From NCBI GenBank assembly GCA_030704615.1, contig CM060733.1, forward strand, positions 29,574,001 to 29,638,000: a DNA stretch of 64,000 nt. Direction: 5' to 3'. The position numbers and the translations under genes were made by a program. The notes under the pieces are model-generated. The model ran no database searches and was not told where the DNA came from. It was given only the letters and a program-made list of their open reading frames with translations. Shown here in pieces: positions 1 to 11,019 of this stretch. The stretch's first letter is position 1, and each line of letters starts with the position of its first letter. Source of the DNA: Takakia lepidozioides. Lineage: Eukaryota > Plantae > Bryophyta.

Positions 1-624
1 GACCACAAGGAGATGATGTCTCTCATACGGGTCAAAGACTGGACTCTCGACCTCTGTAATTACCAACTTCGACGCGAGCTTCTACGACTTGCAGTGTGGG
101 TATGATCCGGAAGCGAGCTAACGGTGACGATACATTTCTGCAGCATTTAAACCCACTGATCTAACGTACATATATAATTTGAGCGGCAACATGACCGGGT
201 TCGCAGGTGTGCTGCTGGAGTCCCTTGCAATCTCCCCAGGCCAGGCCATGTCCGGTGCGGATGAGAGGGCGAGCGTTACTCTGTAGATCATCAGTTGTCG
301 ACCGACAATCAGAATATTGGTCGGGCCTTTCTCTCGTCTCTCTCTTGTCTTCCGGAGAGTTCCTGCAAAGCAACCCACCTACCGCCCCGGAAAGATTCTC
401 CAGCCTTTCTCCAGCTCATTGACGGAACCGTTAAGTCTTTCAAGTCTCTTTACGATACCTGATCTTTACGGCTCTTCCTCTCCGGATCATCCATAACTGT
501 AAAATCAATTGAAATTCGAAGTATCGAGATGTCAAAGTAGCAGAGGTACAACTTCCCACTGGTGTGAACCTGGTCTTCTGAACAGGTCTGGAAAGCAACC
601 TTTGATAGTTTGGAACTCGTGACT

Positions 625-745
625 TTGACATGATACTGCCAAAGTGACAACAGGAAAGTATCCAGAAACAGAGATGAGGAGAAGCTGTGGAATGAATACT
701 TTTCTGACCCCAGTCAAAGTGAATGCCTGTTAGATTACATAGAGT
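625..745 (+). pseudogene. Isolated fragment of an OSB/PDF-motif exon (RDEEKLWNEYFSDPSQ), paralogous to 25530-25680 in the opposite orientation
   Basis: TGACATGATACTGCCAAAGTGACAACAGGAAAGTATCCAGAAACAGAGATGAGGAGAAGCTGTGG...CCCCAGTCAAAGTGAATGCCTGTTAGATTACA aligns by eye with the reverse complement of 25530-25680. The WWDNRxxK part is deleted. Confidence 0.65.
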
Positions 746-1211
746 AGCTTTCGGCAAACAATAGATCCGACAAGACCTTATGTGTGACGACTAGAGTTCA
801 CCCGGGCTTCGGATCCTCGACTAGTTTTAAGCTGTACTTCCGTCGCTAGCCCAAGAAATCCGAGAAATCAAGTCATATATCAAGGCTTCTGGAGGTACGT
901 GGGCCTCTCGTGCTGCACGAGCGTCTGTTAAATAAAGTCGGACTCCAGCTACATTTCTCCACAAAGGGTGGTGGCACTGCTCCTCATACCGATATGCTTC
1001 CGACTCTGGCATGAATTACAACTCTCGAACATCTATGCTGCATAGTTTTGATCAAATCTACAGTTAAGAATACATATGTTACAAGTATTGGATCTGCTGT
1101 TAAAGCTATACTTGCATGTTTTGAGATTTTTCCTCAAACTGCAGCTGGAAGTTCACTGATGTATCCTGTTGCGGTTTTGCAGGTCGGTTTACTTGCACAA
1201 TTCCAATCAGT

Positions 1212-1736
1212 ATGCCTCTAAGACAATCCAAAATGCGCTGTGCTTGCGGTCCGTCCTGTTTACTTTGGCTTGGAGGGTACATGTGCATGTTGGCAGTTAT
1301 GAGTCTTCCTTGCATCACTTTTGCAGCTAGCAGGACTCCCTTGCCTTCTCTTGCCGCTGACGGAGTGGATACCAAATCGAATTTGCTACCAGCCCCTGCT
1401 AGTGCCTGCTCACAGAAGAGTTTAAGCCTTTTTCAAGCGAAGGTACCGGTACCGCCTCCGAGGGGTGTTCCATCAGACGAGTTTGTATATAGTGTGCAAA
1501 TTCAGAATGATTGCTCTGTGTCCGGCTGTACTGCCACAAACATACATGTGTTCTGTGGAAGCTTTGCAACGTCCGTTTTCATCAATCCTAGAACTTTCAG
1601 GAAGGTACCAGGTACCAATCTCTGCCTAGTGAATAACGGGGATCCATTAGGCCAAGGCCAGACAATCTCCTTCCAGTACGTCAACACAGCGCCAGAACCA
1701 ATGCACATTGACTCCGCCTATGTGGCTTGTAGATAG
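1212..1736 (+). CDS. TPD1: TAPETUM DETERMINANT 1-like secreted cysteine-rich protein
   Basis: 174-aa ORF with a hydrophobic signal-like N-terminus and the TPD1-domain pattern CSQKSLSLFQ...YSVQIQNDC...CTATNIHVFCGSFATSVFINPRTFRK...CLVNNGDPL...ISFQY...C. An upstream acceptor TTTTGCAG at ~1181 suggests a 5'UTR intron. Confidence 0.88.
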   Translation: MPLRQSKMRCACGPSCLLWLGGYMCMLAVMSLPCITFAASRTPLPSLAADGVDTKSNLLPAPASACSQKSLSLFQAKVPVPPPRGVPSDEFVYSVQIQNDCSVSGCTATNIHVFCGSFATSVFINPRTFRKVPGTNLCLVNNGDPLGQGQTISFQYVNTAPEPMHIDSAYVACR

Positions 1737-2874
1737 TTGGTAAATCAGTCAGACTTGTAATTAAGCTCCGCATACAGATCAGACATCTGAACACTGAAAT
1801 GCAATCCCACCTTGTCTGTTGTATCCTTTAGCTGTGTGAGAAATACCATACACAAGACAGAAAGCTCATGTGTCATTTCATGCTTTTGTTGATCAATTAC
1901 TCACTCCCCCTTTATCAGTTCCTTCAAATTCTTGCTCTCTCTCCGGAATCACTACACTCTTGCTGTTTGCACCTTCCTTGTTTCTGCTGCTTGGAAGCAC
2001 ATCAGATTCCATGGAAGACTCTAGTTCCAAGAAACCAAGAACCTCACTAAAATTAGTTGAGTCCCTGCCCCACTATTGTTTCTTGCACTTTCAAGCTTAA
2101 ATCACAAGGACATTCACCCCCTCAGCTTGCTCAGCTGTTTGCATGACAAGGTTGTACCCATCTGCTCTGGTGACTAAAAACCTTCCATTCAATGTTCTTT
2201 GGGAATTTTCGTGTAGAACTGGGAGGCACAACGTCTCATCTCATGGGTGGAGAGTCACCCACATGTCAAAAGCCCATTCTTTTTATGTATGATTGCTCCA
2301 TCAAAACCATGCCAATGGAACCCTGGTAGGAGAATGAATCCGCGCCTTCATTTTATACCACTCGCAATGCTGGCTGCGGGGATACCATGTAGGAAAACTG
2401 GCTGTACACCAGAGGTACACAAGTACCTGTCATATCGCCATTCTTCAAATCTATTCCAAATCAATTATGGACAAAACAATGATGAGCATTGGACTCGCGC
2501 TAACTGAATGGTAGACATTTAACTTATGTTGACTGGTATTAAGTGGCATCCTATGAGGATTGGGAAAGGAAGAGGTAGAAAAACCTCCACATGAGTGAGT
2601 CTCCCCTAGAATTGAAAGTTGGGCTTGCCAAACTTACACAGAAACTGGCAGTACCCTTACATATCTCCAGTTTCAGGCCACCAACCGCTGTGAGGACTTT
2701 CTGACAGGATGGTCTATTTCTGTAATGTGTGCATACACACAAGCACTTACAAGTGGTAATATACAGAGCTGCATATGGAATTGCTGGATGGCCATCAATA
2801 AGGAAAACTCTTCATGGTTCGTCACTCCCACTCTCTATTTCCTAACTGCACAACTAGGCGCCTTGGACACCATC

Positions 2875-5800
2875 TCATGTTTCTTCCTCTTCCTCGTCTG
2901 ATTGATGGAAAATGGGTTCGGGCTGTGTTTCGGCATATGCAGGTGCAATGTAAAAGGGATCTGTGACTGCAGCATCCGCATGCTTCAAAATGGCTTCCCG
3001 AGGATCCTCTTCCATCCATGTCTCCTTGATCATCCCACCTTCCTGCAATCATTCACCATGTCCTCTGTCAGGTGTCTCGAGTCTTGGCTGTAAAACCCAA
3101 TTACAACAGACAATATCTGCCATCCAGGGACTGTGGGTAGCTGGTGGGAGGAACAACTGCATGCGCAATTTGAAGTTCCTCTCACAAATGGTCTGGATGG
3201 GAGATCTCACTTCCTCACTTTCAGCACCATTCTTTCAGCAATGTAACTTGCAGTGCAACTAGTCAGCCATTTCTCAGATCTGGGTTCTAAGGGCTACAGT
3301 AGCAGTGCTAGGCCCAATATCAAGCCTCCATCTCAATGCCAGCCCCTAACTCAACCTGCAGACTGTGCCTGATTGACAATAGTTGACCTACAGGAAGTCA
3401 TACACAGCCGATTCAGCTTGGGTTCAAACAAAGGTGGGCAAAACCTCCAAAAGGTAGCTTGTATGCATTTAGTACCCTGTGCGAATCTACCCTCAAGGGC
3501 GCAGTAAATACCCAACAATCACATGAATGTATCTCTCTGAGTGGGTATAAGTTGTATATCACCCATTTTTTGACTCTAAACCATCTGTGAAGGTGTATCT
3601 TATGCCATCCTTTCCGTAAATATTATTTTCTCCCTACGAAACAAACTCTCTCTCTCAAGCATTTCTGATACACTGTCCGGGGTTCTCTCACCAAAGAGAC
3701 GCTCTCTTCAAATCTATTAAGGGAATTGTGCCTGTACCCTGTTTACCAACTTTGAAAGTCTCGAGGCTGAGCCAAAAGCCCAGGCCCTCCTGAGGCCTAG
3801 TTTTTGGGCAAATCACACACAGCAGATTGATGCTTGTGTGAAGGGATTTCTAGAGGATATCTGGAAAACCCGGATTAATTCTTTATATGGAGGTAAGTCT
3901 TACTACCAACGTCAGCCCCTGACAGAGGTAGGTTCTGTCCCTTTTGTTCCCGCTCAAACTGGGCGCGGGGTCAATGGCCACAAGGCTACGGCAAACAACG
4001 TCTTATGAGTACAATCTCTCAAGCATCACTGCAATGTTTGGCCACACCCACCCTATTGCCTGGTCAGCAGCTTTGTACACAACAATATTAGACTACAATT
4101 ACACTTCACCTTAGCTTGCCTATTATGTCACCATGTTAACAACCTGCAATCAGCAAACTTTAGACAACGAAGACCACACTCACCCTCATGAGGTACTGGG
4201 TCAGCAAGCTGCCTTTGGTAGTCCCAACACGTCCCCCAAAGCCAGGCCCAGTGACTGGCAGGTCAGGACGCTTTGACTTCTTAGGGTCACTGCGAGCCTT
4301 CTCTCGGGCCCGCTTTCGGCTGGGCTCATCCCTAAACAAGGGGAGTGCATGTGGGTTATGCACCACTGGCTTCGCCTCGAAGTCTTGTGCAGATTTCTTG
4401 CGTGGTGCCCTGGCAACACATACTAGAGCTCCTCTCTCACTTGACGCTGGATCATACAAAATGTGTGTTCCACCTTCCTTTTTGTCCCCAGTCGTGGCAA
4501 AAATCTGTATGATAAAAAACAAGATCCGACCAGGGTTACCAGCAGATGTAAGTGATAGAATGCCAACAGTCACCTTTGACAAAAACATGCAAAGATAGGA
4601 ATCCACCTGGTTGAGCCGGCGGTGCCAGAGAGAACAAACGATGCTCTGGGTGGCAGAGACACCAACTCTGCGAACAAGATCGAGTCGGTCCTTATCGAAA
4701 AATACCAACAACCCACCCATGTTCCCTTCCTTTTCTATTGATGTCCCTGTTAGAATGAGGCGCTCATCTGGGCTGAATGTAGCAGTGGTCTGTGCATACG
4801 AATTAGGAAGATCCCCAAACACCTTCAAGGCTGCCTTTGTTTGGCGCAAGTCCCATACCTGTCCAGTTTCCATCCAAAACCTTCAGAACTCCATACAATT
4901 ACTCATGTTCAAAGTACTACAGGAAAGAACTAGGATATCTTCTGTTTCTAGGCCCCCAATACACAAGGATCAAACATATGCAAAGACTGAACCAGTGAGT
5001 GCCATACCTTCAGAGTGGAATCAGTGCTCCGAGAAAGAAGGGTGTGGCCATCAGCAGAAAAACAGAGGCCCGTCACATCATCCCCTGCTTCATGGGCTTT
5101 CTCCAGGTAGATGTCAGGCCGACTTCCCCACCCAGGCTTCACACTCCACACCTGTATTGTGTAGACAACACAGCTGGAATTATCAACTCTACCGCTCAAC
5201 AATACTCTGGGTGGATAATGGATATGAACCTACAACCATGTAAATATTGATCAGCTGCAAAGTACCCAGCGAGTGACTTCCCAGTACATTGAGGAGGTGG
5301 TGGCCACCCACCTGGATGGACCCATCAGCAAGACCGCCAGCTACACACTTTCCATCCAGGCCCCAAGAGCAGGCTGTCACCGCCACACGTCCTGGCCTTG
5401 CCAGCTTCGGTTTGATAACCTGCGAGTGCCTCCCCTCACCAATCCATCAGGAGTTGCACAGTGATCTCCACAAATCTCTGTGTCCCTTCCATTACTTCCC
5501 CCTTACAGACAACTTCACTTCTTTGCCACTGTCATGCAGCAAAAGATATTGCATCCCTTCACAAACATAGCAAAAGCACTGTGACCTCAAAGATGTGACT
5601 GCAACCGTGTACGATAGACACATGCGATAGATTTGACACTTCTGATCATAGTCTACAATGTACCACACTATACTGGGGAGAGGACGAAAGGTATGACCAT
5701 GCGCACCTGTTTTTGGCTCTTGAAATTGGTTACATCCCAAATTCTAAGAGACCCATCCTCAGACGAAGTGAGGGCTGTCTGACGCTCCTTGGGATGCCAT

Positions 5801-8602
5801 TGGCCCCCTGTTAGTCCTGATATATGGCCCTTGGTATTCTTCAGGTCGCGTATGTACATATCTCCTTTCACAAACTCACCTAGTGTGAAACCATCTCTGT
5901 CATAAATCTGCCACAGTACACCACTGATTGTGAAAGGTGAGCATACTGAAAAGTCCACCAATTTGTCTCCAGTTCTTACTGCATCTCTTGTTTTCCATGC
6001 TGCTAATGTCTTCAAATCCATCCTCAAAGGTTTGAGTATCTGTCAAATGCTTGCCCTCGCTCTTCCCTCCCCTTTTCCACAAACAATGAGTTGTGGATAA
6101 TTAAATAATGTCCAATTCCCAAATGGGAGGTAATAGAATTATGGGTGAAGACCCACCACAAACCAAGCTTGCTTCAGCAGGCATCCTTCTCATTTCTTTT
6201 CATTTTGTGGATAATCCCGAAATGCAGAAGCTAGCAAATGCTGTCAAACTTGCCCATATTGGACAACTTAACACAAAAGATGAGGTTGGACGCCTTAAAA
6301 TGTAGAAACCCAGAAACCTGGGAGTGATTTATATTTTGATGTCCATGACCAGACATCTTGGACTAGCAAGGAGGGAAGACGAAGGTTTTTTTTGCTGAGA
6401 ATTTTGCACTCTTTTCTATGCTTTGACCATTTGGGAAAAGCATATGAGAGTGTGTTTTGCTTCTCTTTCCCCGATCATACGAAGGAGAATATCCAATTTA
6501 TGTGACTATAGGTTGACCTGTGGCTTCTTCAAGAAGGTGAGCTCTATCTTTGTATATGAAAAGCTTGCAAGTAACAGAGTGGGAAATAATACTTCCATTT
6601 CAGTTGGAAAGCCTTGTTATTGTTATCGAGCTTGGCCTTGTGTGATAAGAGTGCTGGTTGTCACATGCAGTGAACATTTCTCTTGCGCCATTCTCTAACC
6701 TCTCTCTGGACTTCTACATTTTAAGGCGTCCAACCTCATCTTTTGTGTCCTCCCGTGTCCCTCCTGTCTGCATACTCAATGGCTGAAACTCAGCAACCAG
6801 CTCTGTGAGGGTTATGAGATTCTATCGAGACTATGCTTTAGTCAATGTTAACAGGGAAAAGTGACTGGAGATGTTCTCCTCTGGGCCTCTTGTGGATGTA
6901 ATGGCTTTTGTTCTCACGCTCTCTTCTCAACCAAAGCAGCAACTGGCTCTGTTGATCTTTAAGTTTTCTTTTTAGTTTTGAAGGAAACCTGAGCGACGGC
7001 TACAGGCAAGGGGGAAACTTAACCCCCTTTCTGAGCCATGAGGCATACAGGGGACAGAGCCCCAGCCAAAGGCAGACGATACCAAAGGGATTGAACCCCA
7101 GACCCACAGGCCAATGTACATGATTACAAACGATGCCAAACCACTGTGCCACAGGCTCAAGGTGTCTCTGGTTTGGATAGAATAAGATAAAATGGTGTGA
7201 TGAGTGCCAGGTTGACTTGTCAAAGTGACTAGCATGCGCAATGATGTATCATCATAAAGTGTGACAAACCATTATTGAACGAAGAATGGGAATGAATCAC
7301 TGACTCCTATCTTACTGTCTTCAACCCACCTTGGCCTGGGCAGAACCAGTGACAGCCAGAAACTGGTCAGCTGTGGGGCTCCAGCTGAGGGCTCGTAGCT
7401 GGTGGCCTTCACTGGGCTCCAGCTGGCGGAAGGAGCGCAAGCGAGAATCCATGCCTTGAAAATCAAACATTCGCACCGCATAATCATAGCCCCCAGTCAA
7501 CACCCTTGATCCTGTTGGATCAACTGCTATTGCTGAAACAACCTGTGACACAAATACCTCAATTAGCCCTAAACCCTAAGCAAGTATGTCAATGTCAGGT
7601 TCTGAAGATATGCACTTGAGAAAAGAACCAAGAAGCAACAGATCCAGGGGAAGTTATTGTGAAGCAGGGAGGAGGACCACAGGGATGTACTCAATGAATG
7701 TTAGTTTAGAGCAAATGAGATGACCTGCCCTAAGCCGGTACAGAGAACCTGAGAGAAAGAGCAACTGCTCAGCCACAGCAACCAAGATCTGCCCACATTA
7801 GTATTCTGAGATCTCAGCCTGAAAGTAGCACAAGAAATAACCTCCAGAGTTGAGACAAAGATGGGATCGCACATCCTACATAAGTCCACCAACCTCTAGA
7901 CTCAAGGAAGCAGGGATGGCATGCCTTGGTGTGTCCCTTGAGTACTATCTCATTACTGAGAGGCACACGATACTCGTCTTCATCATCCTCATCCTCATCG
8001 TCATCTTCTCCACTGCTTGCCTCCCCACTAGGCCTTGGAGGTCCTACCAGTTCTCCCTCATCTGACTCGTACTTGGGGAGAGGGGGTCCAACAAACACAT
8101 GCTCCCCATTGACACTGTCTGGAGGTCCAAAGACTCTTAGGGATTCATCTCCCACCGGCCCTGCAGGCTCCTAATAGCATACATGAATGTCAATTGCATG
8201 TTCAAGAATATGCATGAGACGCTACTGCGAGGCAATTGTGGAATCCTTACCTGAGTCATATATGTATGGGTCAGGTGGAGTCAACACCCATGGGCTGTCA
8301 CAGAGCAATTTGATATCGGAATGAGTTATATGATTGTAAGTGAGTGATTTTGATAGCGGTGCCTTGCCAGCTGCATTCCACATGGCGTCATTTTGCTCAA
8401 TAAAGGCACCAGATGTGCAAAAAATTGATTTCTTGTCTGAGTCTCTTACCCCAGCCAATCTGTCAACAACAACAGGTTTCGAGCGCTTGGTCTTGAAGTG
8501 GACAGCCTCTAGTGAAATCTGCTTGGTCTCTTGCTTGCCAAAAGAAAGAGGAAAGTTTGCTCGAAGCCCCTCGTGCACCTCAGCCTCATCAATTGTCGCC
8601 AT
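2875..8602 (-). CDS. WDR70: WD repeat-containing protein 70 (GAD-1 homolog), ~664 aa from Met 8602. Exons 8602-8251, 8160-7925, 7542-7330, 5907-5707, 5419-5312, 5151-5008, 4858-4607, 4504-4184, 3042-2875
   Basis: All exons are phase-consistent. Motifs: FPLSFGKQ, EIVLKGHTK|VVSAIAVDPTGSRVLTGGYDY, GDMYIRDLKNTKGH, VHNPHALPLF, GPGFGGRVG, DPREAILKHA. Intron 7924-7543 has a GC donor. Confidence 0.93.
3663..4014 (+). mobile_element. 5'-truncated copy of the (TC)n-tailed LINE, in the last WDR70 intron
   Basis: Near-identical to 49380-49730. Flanked by the direct repeat TCTCTCAAGCAT (3651-3662 and 4015-4026) next to a TC run. Confidence 0.88.
6271..6748. mobile_element. MITE-like element with a perfect 37-bp terminal inverted repeat, in a WDR70 intron
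   Basis: ACACAAAAGATGAGGTTGGACGCCTTAAAATGTAGAA (6271-6307) is the exact reverse complement of 6712-6748. No clear TSD. Confidence 0.7.
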
Positions 8603-9556
8603 GCTTAGTGGCCCATCAGGTACCTGAACTCCAGATCAAATGTCATGAGACCTCCTCTCGCCCTATCTATATGCTAAGGGCACGTGTGAGCCAGGTATTG
8701 ATGTAGAGATCCACAGGCCCTTAAATCAATACTCAATCAACCTGTAGCCAGACTGTCATAGGACACAAAAGGATCCATTGTAAGTAGGGAATGATGTTTA
8801 CAAAATAGTCTCATGGTCCTGTCCATGTGGGCTCCTAGGGGTTTGCAATGGAAGTACTTTGTGTCGTTAGCAAAAAAAACCTTCATATCTTCATCATCAT
8901 CCTCATCCTCCTCCTCAGGACGGTTCTCATCATTGATTGTTGATGGATGCGACACAAGACCTTCTTCCCGAACAGGGAGTCCTTCAAAATATACACTTCT
9001 CTGCATTGCCTGCAATAGAATCACAACTTCATCTTTGGCATTCCAAATACAGATAAAGCTCTATTACTTACGGTTCTTTAAGCACCACCCTCACAGCATC
9101 ATTTACTATTTTGGGTCCCAAAGGGACAACCTCCACTGGGATAGGATAGGAGAACTTTGAAAGAGGGCAGTACTTGAAAAATAATTTCTTACCAGTTCTT
9201 CAGCACGCCGCTGTTTCTCTCGCAGAACTTCCAGGGATGAAGACACAGCTAACTCTGTGCATGCAATCAGCCACAAAACTCGGTAAAATGCCGGTTCTTC
9301 CCTTGAAAAAAGCGACTCCCCCAGAAAAATAATTAAACTATGAAGCTTACCTGGCTGTGAGTCGAGTAGTTGCCGACCCTTTGCAGCTGCTCTCATTTGC
9401 CTCTGAATGGAGATACCCCAAAAGCACAAACACCACCAAGTCTGAATCATGATTTGTTCGATCAAAACTTACATTGGCTAGGCATTTCAGGACACCATTC
9501 ATGTTTCCCATCTCAAAATGTTCACAACATCTGAACCCTAAACCCTGCCAAACCAT
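8603..9556 (-). CDS. Putative upstream in-frame exons (9556-9473, 9402-9351, 9254-9193, 9009-8881, 8623-8603): N-terminal extension of WDR70 or a separate small gene
   Basis: GT-AG boundaries with phases 0,1,0,0 give MVWQG...MGNMNGVLKCLAN-RQMRAAAKGRQLLDSQP-ELAVSSSLEVLREKQRRAEEL-AMQRSVYF...EDMK-VPDGPLS-MATIDE. The last donor (GTTTTT) is weak. Confidence 0.5.
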
Positions 9557-9831
9557 GAAGATTAATGCATAAATCTCTCTCTTCTTTCACAGTTCTCTCT
9601 CCTATGAGAGCCAGGGACGATACTATTGCCTCTTCCGGGAAAGCCAATCTCTTTCTGAAGTCTTTCATTATGAGAATCAGAAATACTTGGCAACATATCT
9701 GCATGAGGCTTGCATCTTAGAGAATCTCTCGATTAATGGTTTTTTTCGGGCTACTTGTTGAAGGTCCCGCGTTCGTTTGTCTCATAAGCTCTTTTGAGCT
9801 TCGCATGGCCGTTACAAATTTTTCTCCTTTC

Positions 9832-9834
<3 letters not shown>

Positions 9835-9893
<59 letters not shown>
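9835..9893. repeat. Compound (CT)n(CA)n microsatellite in the divergent WDR70/CDC20 intergenic region
   Basis: Directly visible. Confidence 0.95.
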
Positions 9894-9894
<1 letters not shown>

Positions 9895-11019
9895 GGGCCA
9901 CAATGCGACGGAAACAACCTCACATTCTCTCACACACAAGATGGCGCTGAAACCCCGATTACAAGGGGTAGATAAAATTCCTGTCCAAGAGTATACTGCC
10001 AATTCAGGCTTGTGTAAGACAAATCTACTGTTATTTCAAGAGCCATCGCTAGGTTGTTGGACTACTGCAAAATTACATGCTTCAACAAGTGCCATACACC
10101 AACCGAGCGTACATACCATCTCAAGAGCATCCTCATCGTCAGACATAGCGACACCTCCAGTATCTGCGCAGCACAATCACAATTGTACACTGCAATTGTC
10201 GAAGAACCCACGAGCTTGTTCTTCGCCTCACACCCACACACCACTCAAAATTAGAACCCACCGAGCGAAGGATCCATGGAAGTGGATGGATCACACACCT
10301 ACTCACGCACATGTGTATCTGCATTCATCTTCTTTACACTATCACCCCCTTCCCATACACTTCCGCTCTAAGTACAAGTAGACGAACGACTGTGGATTCT
10401 TCTGCACAGTTGCGCACTCTGATCTTTCTTCCAGTAGGCAGGGGTTAGGGTTTGGGTTAGGGTTTGGAGGTTTTTTTCTTTCTTTAAATCAAAAGAGGGT
10501 TATGAGAAACTAAAGAAACTAAAAAGAAAAAAAAGCAACATAAATAAACAGAAAAAACGTAAAAAAGAGAAACAGAAAGAGCCGTTGAAAGCTGAACTCG
10601 CAGAGGATTTTTGAACAAAACCCCGGGCACACTGTGTTCTTCTCTCCTTCTTCTCGCAACGTTCTACACACCGAAGGAAATCTGGTCTACTGATAACGAA
10701 GTGCTCACTGTTTTGCTGCATGAACGCTGATGTAACTGTGTACCGATCGACCAGTGGGCCTGTCTGCGTGGATACTGTCTACCAGACTTTGCCCTGGTTG
10801 TTTCTTGCTCCTGCTTTCAAGCTCTCGATAGTAACTGGTGGCCTGGTTCTGTACTGATTGTGGCTTTGTGTTCTATTCTGTTTTTGCGTCGTCTTGATTC
10901 CTTGTTTGAATGTGAAAGAACTCTTTTTGCTTTGCGAGGTTGTTTTTTGTTTGCATCTGGACACTTGTTTGCTACCCAAGGTACGGGGTACAGAGTGTTT
11001 CACGTGTTTGTTGCAGGAT

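Noticed and set aside
4188-5570. Several + strand ORFs of 60-210 aa
   Set aside because: Antisense to WDR70 exons.
9717-10381. ORFs with ERERE / LSLSL / HTHT runs
   Set aside because: Translations of the CT/CA microsatellite.
10441-10467. Interstitial telomere
   Set aside because: Only 3-4 degenerate units, which fit telobox motifs better.
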